The notes under the pieces were generated by a model. The model saw only the letters and a list, made by a program, of their open reading frames with translations, had not been told where the DNA came from and did not search any database. A program made the translations under genes and the position numbers. Positions 1-12,390 of a DNA stretch of 64,000 nt are shown in pieces (position 1 is the stretch's first letter; every line of letters starts with the position of its first letter). Location of the stretch: the NCBI GenBank assembly GCA_964291295.2, contig OZ219754.1:3424001-3488000 (forward strand), written 5' to 3'. Source of the stretch: an uncultured Candidatus Binatia bacterium. Lineage in GTDB: Bacteria; Desulfobacterota; Binatia; UBA9968; JAJDTQ01.

Positions 1-1491
1 GGCCAGCCGGGACGCCTGCTCCACCACCCGGGCGGTGGCCTCCCTGGAAACCGGCCGCAGCCCCTCGCGGCGGGCGGTGTCGGCGATCATCCGCGCATAG
101 CGCGCGGTGTTGCCGCGATCCCTGGGCACCCGATCGTCGAAGTCCGCCGCCACCTTGAAGAGAACCGGGAAATCGGGGTCCAACTGGCTCAGCAGCCAGT
201 AGATCATGGAATCGCCCAGCAGCACCACCTTGACGTCGAGGGGAATGGGCTGGGGCTGCAAGGTGATGGTGTGAGCGAAGCCCAAGGCCTCGACCAACCC
301 GTGTATGCGGATCTCGTTGGCCTGGAGCGCACGCTTCATCTCTTCCCAGATGATGGGCTGCATCAACATCTTGCGCGCGTCCACCATCAGGTAACCGCCG
401 TTGGCGGTGTGGAGCGCGCCGGGCTTGATGAGGGTGAAATCGGTGGTGAGGGCGCCAAACTCGGCCATCTGCTCGATGCGGCCGATGACGTTGCCATAGG
501 TGGGCAGGTCCTCGTAGACCACGGGCGCGCCCTGCAATCCGCTGTTGTCCACCACGACGTTCACCTGGTAGCGGCGAAAGGATGGCTCGCGCACGCCGCC
601 CCGCACGCCCGGCGGCAGCGCCCGGCCCTCCGCCGCCCGGAAATCGGGTGCCCGGAAATCGTCGGCGTTCTCCAGCAGGTCCGCGCGCACCTGCCCGATG
701 TAGTCGAGAACTTCGGGCAGGTCGCCGTAGTCCTTGCTCAACTCCTCGATGAACTGGCCCACCGCGTGGCTCACCACCTCCTGGTTCAGGGTGCGCAGCT
801 GCTCGCGCCGTTCGCGGTCCCACTGCGGCATCTTCTTGAGGATTTCCTGGAGTTCCTTCTCGAGCCCGGCGATGTCGGTGCGGGCGGCCGCCTGCGCGTC
901 CTCGGGCCACTGGCGGAATGCCTCGGGGCTGACCACTTCGCCCTTGGCGAGAGGCGCCAGGGCGAGGCCCGCGGGAGTACGGATCAGGCCGACGTTCCGC
1001 GTCTTGGCGCGTTCCTGCAAATCGTTGAACGCGGCTTCCTGGCGTTGGCTGAAGCGGGCCTGGAGGGCCTGTGCCCGGGCCTGGTAGTCCTCGCTCTCGA
1101 ATGCCGCTGGAATGGCGGCGCGGAGTTCCCGGAGGAGTTTCTCCATGTCGCGCCGCAGCGCGCAGCCGCGGCCCGCCGGGAGCCGCAGCGCCCTGGGCTT
1201 GTGGGTCTCCTGGAAGTTGTGGACGTAGCACCAGTCGGGCGGCGCCGGCATGGCTGCCGCCGCCTGTTCGATCTGCCGCCGGGCAAGCGGATACTTGCCC
1301 GTGCCCGGGACGCCGTGGACGAAGATGTTGTAGCCGTGGCGCCGGATGCCGACGCCGAACCGCACCGCGTCGAGGGCCCGCTCCTGGCCGAGGGCATCCG
1401 CCGCCTCGTCGGTCTCGCCGGCGGGAGGCAGGTGGTCGGGATCGCACTTCGTGTAAAGCCGCTCCGGCGGCAAAGGCTCCGGTATGCGCAT
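1..1491 (-). CDS. Lon-like ATP-dependent protease (AAA_32/LonB-LonC type), 3' end runs off the window
   Basis: Manual translation from ATG 1491: MRIPEPLPPERLYTKCDP, Walker A GYNIFVHGVPGTGK, and PTYGNVIGRIEQMAEFGALTTDFTLIKPGALHTANGGYL. Not in the ORF track because it has no stop in the window. Confidence 0.85.
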   Translation of the reverse strand, partial: MRIPEPLPPERLYTKCDPDHLPPAGETDEAADALGQERALDAVRFGVGIRRHGYNIFVHGVPGTGKYPLARRQIEQAAAAMPAPPDWCYVHNFQETHKPRALRLPAGRGCALRRDMEKLLRELRAAIPAAFESEDYQARAQALQARFSQRQEAAFNDLQERAKTRNVGLIRTPAGLALAPLAKGEVVSPEAFRQWPEDAQAAARTDIAGLEKELQEILKKMPQWDRERREQLRTLNQEVVSHAVGQFIEELSKDYGDLPEVLDYIGQVRADLLENADDFRAPDFRAAEGRALPPGVRGGVREPSFRRYQVNVVVDNSGLQGAPVVYEDLPTYGNVIGRIEQMAEFGALTTDFTLIKPGALHTANGGYLMVDARKMLMQPIIWEEMKRALQANEIRIHGLVEALGFAHTITLQPQPIPLDVKVVLLGDSMIYWLLSQLDPDFPVLFKVAADFDDRVPRDRGNTARYARMIADTARREGLRPVSREATARVVEQASRLA

Positions 1492-1530
1492 CACGGGTTC
1501 ACGAAGCGGCGCGGCGGGCGCCGCGGTCGC

Positions 1531-2358
1531 TCAGGCCATCCCCTGGCCCATGATTCCATAGTGATACAGGCCCAACTGGGGAATGTTCTCCGGAAAATCG
1601 GGCGTCACCCTCTTGCCGAAGTCCAGCAGGCTGCCGAACTCCACCGACTTCAGGCCGGTACGCTGCCCCAACGCCGAAAGATCGTCGAAACCGGTCAGCC
1701 ATTTCACCTGGAGGGTGTCCTGGAACGCGTCGGTGGTGGCGGTAATCTTGTCGTCGCCCGTGGTGCGGTCGATGATGCTCCTGGCGAAGAAATCGAAGGC
1801 GATCCTGAAGGACCGCACACCCCCGCACAGCCGGTCGAGAAACGCGTAGATCCGCTCCTCCGGAAGGTACATGGTGTTGCCTTCCCAGACCATGAGCATG
1901 GGCGCGTCGAGATCGAACCCCGCCTCCGCCAGCCTGGCCGGCAGATCGACTTCGAGATAGTTGCAGGGTATGCCCGCGCAAGGCGTCACGCCGCGGCCTT
2001 CCAGCACCTTCTCCTTGAAAGCCAGCACCGCGGGCTGGTCCACGTCGCAGAAACGCACGCCCTCGGCCCGAAACACATGCGGCCGCATGTCGAACCCGGA
2101 GCCGAGAATGACCACCTGCCGCATGCCGTCGCCGACCGCGCGGCGGATGATGTCGTCGAACAGCGCCGACCGATAACGGACCAGCTCCAGGCCTTCAGGA
2201 AGCAGCTTGAACACCTGGCCGACCTTCTGCCGAACATCGTCATTGACGAACCACTCTGCGTAGGGATCCTCGAACAGGGGATGCTCCCGACCCTTCTCCT
2301 GCTCCCGGATGCCCGCGATGAAAAATGCGGTGGCACCGACTTCGTTGATGTTCGACAT
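1531..2358 (-). CDS. SAM-dependent methyltransferase (LCM/ML2640-like)
   Basis: LFEDPYA, QVVILGSGFDMR, DVDQP and WEG motifs typical of this family. Confidence 0.85.
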   Translation of the reverse strand: MSNINEVGATAFFIAGIREQEKGREHPLFEDPYAEWFVNDDVRQKVGQVFKLLPEGLELVRYRSALFDDIIRRAVGDGMRQVVILGSGFDMRPHVFRAEGVRFCDVDQPAVLAFKEKVLEGRGVTPCAGIPCNYLEVDLPARLAEAGFDLDAPMLMVWEGNTMYLPEERIYAFLDRLCGGVRSFRIAFDFFARSIIDRTTGDDKITATTDAFQDTLQVKWLTGFDDLSALGQRTGLKSVEFGSLLDFGKRVTPDFPENIPQLGLYHYGIMGQGMA

Positions 2359-2511
2359 GACCGGCCCTCCCCCTCCTTGATGATAGACGAAAATCGCCGC
2401 CGTTCAACCACGTCGCCGGGCGCTCGCGAAACCGGCCCTGACCGGCACCTCGCCGGCGGTCGGCCGCTCCGGCGCGTCCCCGTCGGGGAATGGGCCGTTA
2501 GCCGTCCGGGG

Positions 2512-3645
2512 TCAGATGGGCGGGCGGCTGTTCTCGCCGTACCCGGTGAGTTCGACGTATCCCTGGCCAAGGCGCGCGCCGCTCCCGGACTCGACCCGGA
2601 CCGAGCCTTCCCAATAGAAAAGGTTCGGGAGCAGCGCGCTGCGGTTCTCCTGATCGGCGAGCCTGGGGGTGATGACCGCGTGGATGCCGGCGCCCGGGAT
2701 ATCGAGTGTCCAGCCGGCGGGATAGGATGCGCCGGTAACGGTACTGGTCCATCGGCCGGTGGACTTCAACCTCCATTCGTCCGGGCGCAGATAGCGGACC
2801 GCACCCGAGGCCTCCACCAGGGTGGCACCGGCGTCCCGGGCATCACCGGCGCGGTTGCGGAGAAGATAGAGCATCACCTCGCGGCCGTCGTCGATCTGCA
2901 GGCTGAACCAGTCCCAGCCGCTGGTGTCCTCGCCAAGCTGGTCGGAGCCGAACTCCTTGTCCATCCAGCTCGTCCCATGGACGGCCAACTCCTTTCCCTC
3001 CAGCCGCACCGTGCCGGTGGTCGCCATGCGGGTGAAGCTGTAGTAGTGGCTCGCCTCGGTGGCACCCGGCCCCTTTCGGCTCAGACCTCCGGGCCCCTGG
3101 AACACCATGGGTTTGAGCGGGCGGGTGGACAGGGTGAAGCCGAAGGATTCCCCGGCGTCGGCCATGGTGAAGTCGAAGCCGCTGCCGTTCCAGTGGAGCT
3201 CCCATGGCTCCGGGGTGCCCGGAGGGCCGACGCTCCAGGCCAGACGGGGGTCCGGGTGGCGACCGAAGCCGGCCAGGAGCGGGGCCGCCCGCACCAGCAG
3301 TTCACTGAATCGGTGACGGCCGGTGTCCAGATCCGTCAACGCGGCATGACCCATGATGACGTCCCTGGCGGCCCAGCCGGAGCCGCCCGGCGGCCTGTCC
3401 TGCGACACCCCGATCCGGAAGAAGGTAAACTGAAACCCGAAACGCCGCACAGGCTCCCCGGCGGTGCGCAGGTGTCCGGTCAGGTACCACCACTCGGTCC
3501 TGTAACCGTCACGGGCCCAGTGGTCCCGGGGAAACGACCACGGGTAGCCGGGTTGGGCCGGGGTCCAGGCCGGGGCGGCGAAGCCGGCCCCTGGCATGAC
3601 CGCGGCCAGCGCGAGGATGCAGGCGATGTTCCTAAGCGTCCGCAT
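2512..3645 (-). CDS. Secreted lipocalin-like/CrtC (AttH-like) hydrolase
   Basis: Signal peptide; FPRDH, TEWWYLTG, SWMDKEFGS, GWDWFSLQ, YWEG, GYVELTGY motifs; follows ABC permease and ATPase genes. Confidence 0.85.
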   Translation of the reverse strand: MRTLRNIACILALAAVMPGAGFAAPAWTPAQPGYPWSFPRDHWARDGYRTEWWYLTGHLRTAGEPVRRFGFQFTFFRIGVSQDRPPGGSGWAARDVIMGHAALTDLDTGRHRFSELLVRAAPLLAGFGRHPDPRLAWSVGPPGTPEPWELHWNGSGFDFTMADAGESFGFTLSTRPLKPMVFQGPGGLSRKGPGATEASHYYSFTRMATTGTVRLEGKELAVHGTSWMDKEFGSDQLGEDTSGWDWFSLQIDDGREVMLYLLRNRAGDARDAGATLVEASGAVRYLRPDEWRLKSTGRWTSTVTGASYPAGWTLDIPGAGIHAVITPRLADQENRSALLPNLFYWEGSVRVESGSGARLGQGYVELTGYGENSRPPI

Positions 3646-6162
3646 GACACAGTTCGTTGGCCGGCGTACGACTGGCCTTGAAGGCCGGGTAGAGGCTCGC
3701 CAGCACCGCGGCGCAGACGATGGCCAGAGTTTCCCAGGCCAGCGGCAGCCACGGCCAGCTCCACTCGATGCTCCAGCCGAAGTAGCTCTTCTGGATCACG
3801 AAGATCAGCACCACGCCCACGCCGGCACCGCCGGCGAAACCCAGCGCCAGACCCAGGAACGCCATGGCGGTGCCCTTGCTCACGAACAGCAGGAACACCT
3901 GCCGCCGGAAGGCCCCCAGGGTGCGGTAGAGGGCGATCTCGCCGGCCTTCTCCTGGGCCACCACCAGCAGCGTCAGGGTGATGGCACAGGCGGCGATGAT
4001 CAGACTCATGACCTGAAGAATCCGCGTCACCGCGAAGGTCTGGTCGAAGACGTGGAGCACGTCGGACTTCAGGCCCCGGTTGCTCCGCACCCGCAGGGAA
4101 CCCGGCGGGTGGCGGCTCTCGATGCCGGCTGTCACCGCTTCGGCATCGGCGCCGGGCCTCAGGTGAAGCGCGAGGCTGGTGAGAGGTCCGGCCCCGAGGG
4201 TTGCGGCCATGAGGCCGAGGTCCATGGTCACCGAGCCGCCTTCGGTATAGTCGCGGTAGATGCCGGACACCGGCAGCCGCACCGGCCCTTCCGGGCCCCC
4301 GATCTCCACCGTGTCTCCCACCTTGAGGCCGGCGTTCCGGGACAACGGCTCGCCGATGAGGACGCCCCGGTCCCGGAGTGCGCGCTCCACGGAATCGCGG
4401 CCGGAAAGGAGACCCAGGCGCCGCTGCTCCGCCGAACGTTTCAGGTCCACTCCCACCACCGCCACGCGCCGGCTGCCCACGCGCAGGAACAGCCGGCGCA
4501 GCGGATCGACCCCCCGCACCTCCGGCGCCCGCGCCAGCCGCTCCACGAGCCGCGCGCTCAGGGTGGCCTCCGGCCCGGTCCGGGCGCCGACGGCGGCGGT
4601 GATGTACACGTCGGCGCGCAGCGTGCGGTTCACCCAGCGCACCAGAGTTCCGCGAAAGCTCTCCACCAGCAGCGTGATGCTCACCAGCAGACACACGGCC
4701 ATGGCCAAGGACGAGACCGAGAACGAGGTGTTGGCCAGGGTCGCGCCAAGGCTCCGGACACCGTAGCGGAAACCGAAGTCCGGTATCCGCACCCCACCGG
4801 TGAGGCGCTGCACCAGCCAGGGGGCGAGCAAGGGCAGACTCACCATGATGGCGGTGGAAAGGACGAACCCCGCGGGCCGCCAGCGCCAGCCCGCGAGCCA
4901 GTACCACGCCACCGCCCCGGCCACCAGCACCAGGCCGGCACGGAACAGCACGCCGGCGCGGACGATGTCCGCGGACTGCGCCGGAAACGTGTCCAGCAGT
5001 GCCCGGGTGTCCCGGCGCCAGACGTCCAGCGCGGGCAGCAGCGTGCCGCCGAGGGCGCCGCCGAGACCGGCGCAAACCGCCAGCGCCAAGGTGCCGGCCG
5101 ACACCTCCAGCGACTCGATCTCCCGGAGCATGTAGATGTTCGTCAGGGTCGAACTCACCGCATCCAGATTCCAGATGGCGGTCCAGTAGCCCGCGGCGAT
5201 GCCGATGACCACACCCAGAACCCCCAGCAACGCGGCCTCGCCGAGGATGAGCGCCAGCACCTGGGCCGGGGTGGCGCCCAGGGAGCGCAGCACGCCGAAC
5301 TCCCGGCGCTGCCACACCAGGCAGGCGCGCATGCTGCTGAACACCAGGAATGTGCCCACCAGGAGACTGACCATGCTCAGCGCGGTAAGATTCAGACGGA
5401 AGGCGCCCAGGAGCTGCCGTGCCTGCCCGGTGCGCTCCGACGGCGTGACCGCGTCCACCCGCCCGCCGAGACCGGCTTCAAGGCGCGCCGCCAGCGCCGC
5501 GACCGGGGTGCCTTCGGCCGCCTTGACGCCGATGCGGCGGAGTTTGCCCGCCCCGTCGAAAAGAGACTGGGCCTCGGCGATGTCCATGACAAGGGCGCGG
5601 CGGCTCCCGCCCGCCCCCCAGCGCTGGAAGTCCACCAGGGCGCCGACCTGCAGTGTCCGCACGCGGACGCCGTCACGAACCTCGATGCGGTCCCCCACGG
5701 TCCAACCCATGGCGGCGGCCAGTTCCGGGGTGGCCGCCGCCCAACCGCGCCGGCGGGCGGCGAAACCGGGCTCCGTCTCCGGCGGGAGCCCCGAGAGGGC
5801 GTCCCGGAAGTCGCCGGAAGGTGCCAGCAGATCGATACCCAGCAGCCGCACGAACGTGGCGGTCCGATCCCCAGCGCCACGGTAGTCTCGAAGACCGGCC
5901 AGGCCGCGGCCACCCCCGGCGTGCCACGGACACGCGGGTAGAATTCGTCCCGCAGGGTTCCGCCCTTGCCGGTGACGACGATGTCGGCAGCACCGCCGAC
6001 CGTGCGCACGCCCGCGGCGAACGACGCAACGGCGCTCTGGTTGAGAATGCGGATACTGGTGACCGAGGCCACACCCAAGGCCACGCCCAGAACGGTAAGC
6101 GCGTAGAGCACGGGATTGGTGCGCCAGTGCGCCGACACGGTCCTGTAGAAGTAGCGTCGCAT
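3632..6162 (-). pseudogene. FtsX-like ABC transporter permease (AttFG-like), split by a 1-nt frameshift near 5870
   Basis: N-terminal part MRRYFYRTVSAHWRTNPVLYALTVLGVALGVA (ATG 6162) and C-terminal ORF 3632-5851 join into about 843 codons if one G is added to the G4 run at 5869-5872. This could be a sequencing error. Confidence 0.75.
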
Positions 6163-6172
6163 GATGCCAGGC

Positions 6173-6862
6173 TCAATCCGACTCCGCCTCCAGAATGCCG
6201 CTGTGGAGCCGGAGGGTGCGGTCCGCCAGCGCCGCCAGTTCGCGGCTGTGGGTGGCATAGACCAGGGTGGCGTCCTCTTCCGCCACCATCCCCAGCATGA
6301 GTTCCATCACCGTCTGGCCGCTGGCATCGTCGAGGCTGCCGGTGGGCTCGTCCGCCAGCAACAGGCGGGGTCGCCGCAGCAATGCCCGGCAGATGGCCAC
6401 CCGCTGCATCTCGCCGCCGCTCAGCCCGGCCACCGGATCATCGGCCCGGTCCCCCAGCCCCACCCGCTCCAGCAGCGCCGCCACGCGCTCGCGATAGTCC
6501 CGCAGCCGTACCCCCGCGATGAGGTCCGGCAACGCGACGTTGTCACGCACCGTCAGATGGGGCAGCAGGTGGAACAGTTGGAAGACAAAGCCGATCCGGT
6601 CCCGGCGCAGGCGGGTGCGCGCGGTCTCGCCGAGACCGTCGAGGGGCGTGCCGTGCACCGCCACCGACCCGCGGGAAGGCACATCGATGCCGGCGGCCAG
6701 GTGCAGCAGCGTGGACTTGCCGCTGCCGCTCCGGCCCACGATGGCCACGGTCCCGCCCGGCGGGATATCGAACGAGACGTCGCGCAGCGCGTAGCGCTCC
6801 ACGGAGCCCGCACCGTCGTATACCTTCGAGACGTTGGCGAAGGTGAGCGCCGCCGCGTCCAT
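6173..6862 (-). CDS. ABC transporter ATP-binding protein (LolD/AttE-like)
   Basis: GRSGSGKST Walker [12 protein letters not shown] signature, LLADEPTG Walker B; ATG 6862 overlaps the upstream stop. Confidence 0.92.
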   Translation of the reverse strand: MDAAALTFANVSKVYDGAGSVERYALRDVSFDIPPGGTVAIVGRSGSGKSTLLHLAAGIDVPSRGSVAVHGTPLDGLGETARTRLRRDRIGFVFQLFHLLPHLTVRDNVALPDLIAGVRLRDYRERVAALLERVGLGDRADDPVAGLSGGEMQRVAICRALLRRPRLLLADEPTGSLDDASGQTVMELMLGMVAEEDATLVYATHSRELAALADRTLRLHSGILEAESD

Positions 6863-7770
6863 CAGCGCGCGCCGAGCACGTGGCGCAGGCCGTCTTCCAG
6901 CGAACCGTGGCGAAACGTGTAGCCGGAGTCCAGCAGACCGGCGGGCTTGACCCGGGTACTGGCCAGGAGCAGCGCGTCGGCCATCTCGCCGAACGCCAGT
7001 CGGGCGGCGAAACCGGGCAGGGGAAACAGCGTGGGACGCCGCAATACCCGGCCCAGGGTCCTGGTGAACTCGCGGTTGGTGACCGCGGCGGGCGCCACCA
7101 CGTTCACCGGTCCGGTCGCCGATCCGGTCTCCAGGAGATGGCCGACGGCCGCGACGGTATCGTCCAGGGTGACCCAGCTCATGTACTGCCGGCCGTTGCC
7201 GACGATGCCGCCGGCACCGAGCCTGAACGGCGTCAGCATCTTGGCCAGCGCACCGCCGTGCTGGCTGAGCACCACGCCCAGGCGCGCATGCACCACCCGT
7301 ATGCCTTTCTCCGCCGCCGCTTCGGTGGCAGCCTCCCACTCGCGGCACACCTCGGAAAGAAAACCCGTGCCCGGCGCGCTCGCCTCGGTGAGCGTTTCCT
7401 CGCCGCGGTCGCCGTAGATGCCGATGGCCGAGGCGGAGACCAGGACCCGCGGCGGGCGCTGGAGCCCGGCGACGGTCCGGGCCAGCAGGCGTGTTCCGTC
7501 CACGCGGCTGCCCCGGATGCGGCGCTTCTTCTCCGCGTTCCAGCGTCCGGCGGCGATGTTCTCGCCGGCCAGGTGGACCACGCCGTCGAACCCCTCCAGC
7601 GCATCCGCGTCCAGGACGCCTGCGCCCGGGTCCCAGCGGATGTCACCGGCCCCAGGCGCGGACCGCCCAGCGGACCGCCCGATACGCACCACCTCATGAC
7701 CGGCGGCGGCGAGAAACGGCACCAAGGCGCCGCCCACCAGCCCTGACGCTCCCGTGACCAACAACTTCAT
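6862..7770 (-). CDS. TIGR01777-family NAD-dependent epimerase/oxidoreductase (YfcH-like)
   Basis: GASGLVG, VVHLAGENIAAGRW, SASAIGIYG and NREFTRTLGRVLRRP motifs. Confidence 0.9.
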   Translation of the reverse strand: MKLLVTGASGLVGGALVPFLAAAGHEVVRIGRSAGRSAPGAGDIRWDPGAGVLDADALEGFDGVVHLAGENIAAGRWNAEKKRRIRGSRVDGTRLLARTVAGLQRPPRVLVSASAIGIYGDRGEETLTEASAPGTGFLSEVCREWEAATEAAAEKGIRVVHARLGVVLSQHGGALAKMLTPFRLGAGGIVGNGRQYMSWVTLDDTVAAVGHLLETGSATGPVNVVAPAAVTNREFTRTLGRVLRRPTLFPLPGFAARLAFGEMADALLLASTRVKPAGLLDSGYTFRHGSLEDGLRHVLGAR

Positions 7771-8169
7771 CAGCGGGCCTCCCTTCGCCTGCGGCGCCCA
7801 CGGTTCATCCCCGGGAATTCACCCTTGATGATTCACCCGTGGCACGTCACCCGTGGCCATTCACCTTGGCCATACAACCTTGGCTCCTCACCCAGGGCGC
7901 TTGCCCCGTCGTTGCCGCCTTCGCGGAAACGACGGATTCGGAAACGACGGATGCGGCGAGCCGCGCCTGCCCCGGTCCGGAGCCAACAACGGAGCCAACC
8001 AGAGTCGTCCGGCACACCCTTTGCATGTTCATTCATGATAGCACTTCCACCCGGTCCGCACAGCGCCGACATGCGATTTGACTTGGCTGCCCCGTCTCCT
8101 TAAACCTTGAGAGGCGAGGATGAAACCATCCTGGCGTTCGTTCCGGGTCCATGCCGGACGATTCGCAAC

Positions 8170-8235
8170 GGACCCTTTGTGATGAACGATTTGTAATGGA
8201 CCCTTCGTAATTGGACCCTTTGTAATGGACCCTTC

Positions 8236-8238
<3 letters not shown>
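8170..8238 (+). repeat. About five degenerate 14-15 bp tandem units (GGACCCTTYGTAAT) ending at the trpB start
   Basis: ggaccctttgtgat/gaacgatttgtaat/ggacccttcgtaatt/ggaccctttgtaat/ggacccttcgtg read directly. Confidence 0.75.
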
Positions 8239-9479
<1,241 letters not shown>

Positions 9480-9483
<4 letters not shown>

Positions 9484-10256
9484 ACCTCCGCGCCTACATA
9501 CGGAACCGGCTGGGCGCGCGGAAGATCCTGCTCATGACCCACGTCATCGTGGGCTATCCGTCACTGGACGTGAACTGGCGCATGCTCGAGCGAATGGAGC
9601 GCGCGGACGTGGATCTGGTGGAGCTTCAGATGCCCTTCAGCGAGCCCATTGCCGACGGGCCGGTCTTCGCCCGGGCCAACCAGGAGGCCCTGGCGCACGG
9701 GCTTTCCATCGACCAGTACTTCGACTTCGTGGCCCGGGCCGCCCGGCGGTTCGGATTCCCGCACATCATGATGGGCTACTACAACACGGTGTTCCGGCTC
9801 ACCCACCGCACCTTCTGCGAGCGGCTGAGCACGGCCGGGGGCGCGGGGTTCATCGTCCCCGACCTTCCCATCGAGGAGTACCACGACCTCTTTCCCCTGA
9901 GCGAGGCCCACGGGTTGACCCCCGTGGCGCTGTTCACGCCCACCAACACCGATGCCCGGCTGGCCGAGATCGGCCGCCACGGCCGCGGTTTCGTCTACGG
10001 CGTGACGCGGCGCGGCGTCACCGGCAGGCCCACGGACCTGAAGGCCGGCATCGACGCGCTCGCGGCCCGCTACCGGGCGGCCACGGACATGCCCCTGGCC
10101 CTGGGCTTCGGCATCGCCGGCGGCAACGACGTCCGGGGACTCCACGGCCGCTGCGAAATCGCCATCGTCGGCTCGAGTCTGCTGGAACACTGGGAGAGCG
10201 GCGGCGAAGGAGCGTATGCGGATTTCCTCCAGGAACTTCACGAGGCGCGCTTCTGA
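9480..10256 (+). CDS. trpA: Tryptophan synthase alpha subunit
   Basis: GYPS, ELQMPFSEPIADGP, PDLP, GVTG and GFGI motifs; TTG start overlaps the trpB stop. Confidence 0.92.
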
Positions 10257-10280
10257 GCACCGCCCGGGCCGAGCAACCGG

Positions 10281-10484
10281 TCACCGCTGGCCATCTGCGG
10301 CGAACGCGAGGCAGGCACGGATGTCTTCGCGGGTCAGGTCGGGGAAGTCCCCGAGCAGTTCGTCCTCGGACATGCCGGACGCCAGGTAGTCAAGCACGTC
10401 CGAGACGGTCATGCGCAGGCCACGGATGCAGGGCTTGCCGCTGCGTTTTCCGGGCTCCGTCGTGATCCGGTCCAAGGGAGCCAT
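10281..10484 (-). CDS. DUF433 domain protein (putative antitoxin)
   Basis: RITTEPGKRSGKPCIRGLRMTVSDVLDYLASGMS and DFPDLTREDIRACLAFAA. Confidence 0.85.
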   Translation of the reverse strand: MAPLDRITTEPGKRSGKPCIRGLRMTVSDVLDYLASGMSEDELLGDFPDLTREDIRACLAFAADGQR

Positions 10485-10768
10485 GGGATTCAGAGTATGC
10501 AACAGCCCGCGACCGGTCAAGCGGCCAGCACGTCCAGCCCGTTCCGGCACCGAACGGCGCGCTGATACGGGCCTTCCGTGTCCGCAGGCGTTTCTCTCGA
10601 TTCCAGGTAACCGGTACTACCATCCAGCCATGAGCATCTTCGGACAGCGCCTGCGCACCGCCGGTACTCCGCGCACCGCCACGCAGGGCCACCTCGCCGC
10701 CCGCGCCCACCCGCTGCCGGAACGGAGCGGGGTCTCCGGCGGGGTCGTGCGGGTTCCCTGAGGGAAGC

Positions 10769-11716
10769 ATGCGGTTCGGCATCATGGGGACAGGCGGAGT
10801 CGGAGGTTACTTCGGCGGCCTGCTGGCCCGGGCAGGCTTTCCGGTCTGCTTCATCGCCAGGGGGCCTCACCTCCGGGCGTTGAGGGCGGACGGCCTCACC
10901 GTGAACTCGGTGGAGCCCGGCGACTTCAACGTGCGCAACGCTCTTTTCACCCACGACGCGGCGGCGGCCGGTCCTTGCGACGTGGTCCTGTACTGCGTCA
11001 AGACCCCTTCCAACGACGACGTGATCCCGTTCATTCGGCCCATGATGGGACCCGGGTCCGTGGTCCTGTCGCTGCAGAACGGCGTGGACAACGGCGCGTT
11101 GCTGGCACGCGAGTACGGGGAAGATCGGGTCATGGAGGGCGCGGCCTACATCTTCAGCACCATCGCGGCGCCGGGCAGGATCCATCAGACCGGCGGGCCG
11201 CGCCGGATCGTGTTCGGCCAACCGGGCGGGGGAGCCAGCCCGAGAGGCGAGGAGATCGTGGCCGCCATGGGCCGCGCCCGGATCGACGCCCGTCTTTCCC
11301 CGGACATCCGCATCGAACTGTGGAACAAGTTCATCTTGATCTGCGCGGTGAGCGGCATGACGGCGCTGACCCGGCGTTCCCTGGGCGAGGTTCTCGGCTA
11401 CGAGGGAACCGCGCGCATGGCCCGAGGGGTCATGCGGGAGGTCTTTCAACTGGCCCTGGCCATGGGGATTCCGCTGGAACCGGAGGCCGACGCCGCCAAC
11501 TACGGCCTGATGGCGCAACAGCACTCGTCCAGCAAGGGCAGCATGTGCCACGATCTGGAAGCCGGGCGGCGGCTCGAGATCGACGCGCTGTGCGGCTACG
11601 TCTCGCGCATGGCCCGGGTCCACGGCGTGGCCGCGCCCCTCAACGACTATCTCTACGACACCCTGAAGCTGGAAGACCTCCAGGCCGCCCGGCGGCTCGG
11701 GGAACCCATGGCGTGA
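10769..11716 (+). CDS. panE: 2-dehydropantoate 2-reductase
   Basis: GTGGVGGYFG, LQNG, LWNKF, SMCHDL and EID motifs. Confidence 0.88.
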   Translation: MRFGIMGTGGVGGYFGGLLARAGFPVCFIARGPHLRALRADGLTVNSVEPGDFNVRNALFTHDAAAAGPCDVVLYCVKTPSNDDVIPFIRPMMGPGSVVLSLQNGVDNGALLAREYGEDRVMEGAAYIFSTIAAPGRIHQTGGPRRIVFGQPGGGASPRGEEIVAAMGRARIDARLSPDIRIELWNKFILICAVSGMTALTRRSLGEVLGYEGTARMARGVMREVFQLALAMGIPLEPEADAANYGLMAQQHSSSKGSMCHDLEAGRRLEIDALCGYVSRMARVHGVAAPLNDYLYDTLKLEDLQAARRLGEPMA

Positions 11717-11765
11717 GCCCTCGGCCCATGGCGCACCGAAAGGAGCGCCATGGGCCGAACGCCGG

Positions 11766-12362
11766 CTACTGCGCGGCCTCTTTCCGACGGGCGGTTCGGG
11801 TGACCACGGGCACCGTCGGCACGTCGCTGTGGGGACCGCGATTGCCGGTCTGCACGCCGGCGATCCCGTCCACCACGTCCATGCCCTCCACGACCTTGCC
11901 GAACACCGCATAACCGAAGTCCCGGGAGCCGTGGTCGAGGAATGCGTTGTCCTTCAGATTGATGAAGAACTGGGAGGTGGCGCTGTTGATGTCCGACGTG
12001 CGCGCCATGGACAGCGTTCCCCGAAGATTCCGAACCCCGTTGTCGGCCTCGTTCCTGATGGCCGCCCGGGTCTGCTTCTGGTTCATGTCCTCGGTAAATC
12101 CGCCGCCCTGAATCACGAAACCGGGAATCACCCGATGAAAGATGGTGCCGTCAAAGAATCCGGCATCCACGTAATCGAGAAAGTTCTTCGCCGTGACCGG
12201 GGCTTTCTCGGACATGAGTTCGATCGTGATGTCCCCCATGGACGTCGAAAAAATAACCACAGGTCTGTCCCCTCCCTCCGCTGCCGGATCGAAAGCCGCA
12301 ATGCCGGCCACCAGGCCGACTGCCCCTGCAAGGCACCGGAGTGCCGCACCCCACTGTTTCAA
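11766..12362 (-). CDS. ppiA: Cyclophilin-type peptidyl-prolyl isomerase with signal peptide
   Basis: [27 protein letters not shown] and GYAVFGKV. Confidence 0.9.
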   Translation of the reverse strand: MKQWGAALRCLAGAVGLVAGIAAFDPAAEGGDRPVVIFSTSMGDITIELMSEKAPVTAKNFLDYVDAGFFDGTIFHRVIPGFVIQGGGFTEDMNQKQTRAAIRNEADNGVRNLRGTLSMARTSDINSATSQFFINLKDNAFLDHGSRDFGYAVFGKVVEGMDVVDGIAGVQTGNRGPHSDVPTVPVVTRTARRKEAAQ

Positions 12363-12390
12363 GGTCTACCTCCTGGAACGGGTTTTTCGT

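Noticed and set aside
271-3681. 1136-aa plus-strand ORF and similar long ORFs (17370-21878, 22458-24788, 48439-50571, 50568-53141)
   Set aside because: They are antisense shadows of well-supported genes in high-GC DNA and have no recognisable motifs.
8078-8106. TTGACT-17 bp-TAAACC candidate sigma70 promoter upstream of trpB
   Set aside because: The -10 element is weak and cannot be supported from sequence alone.
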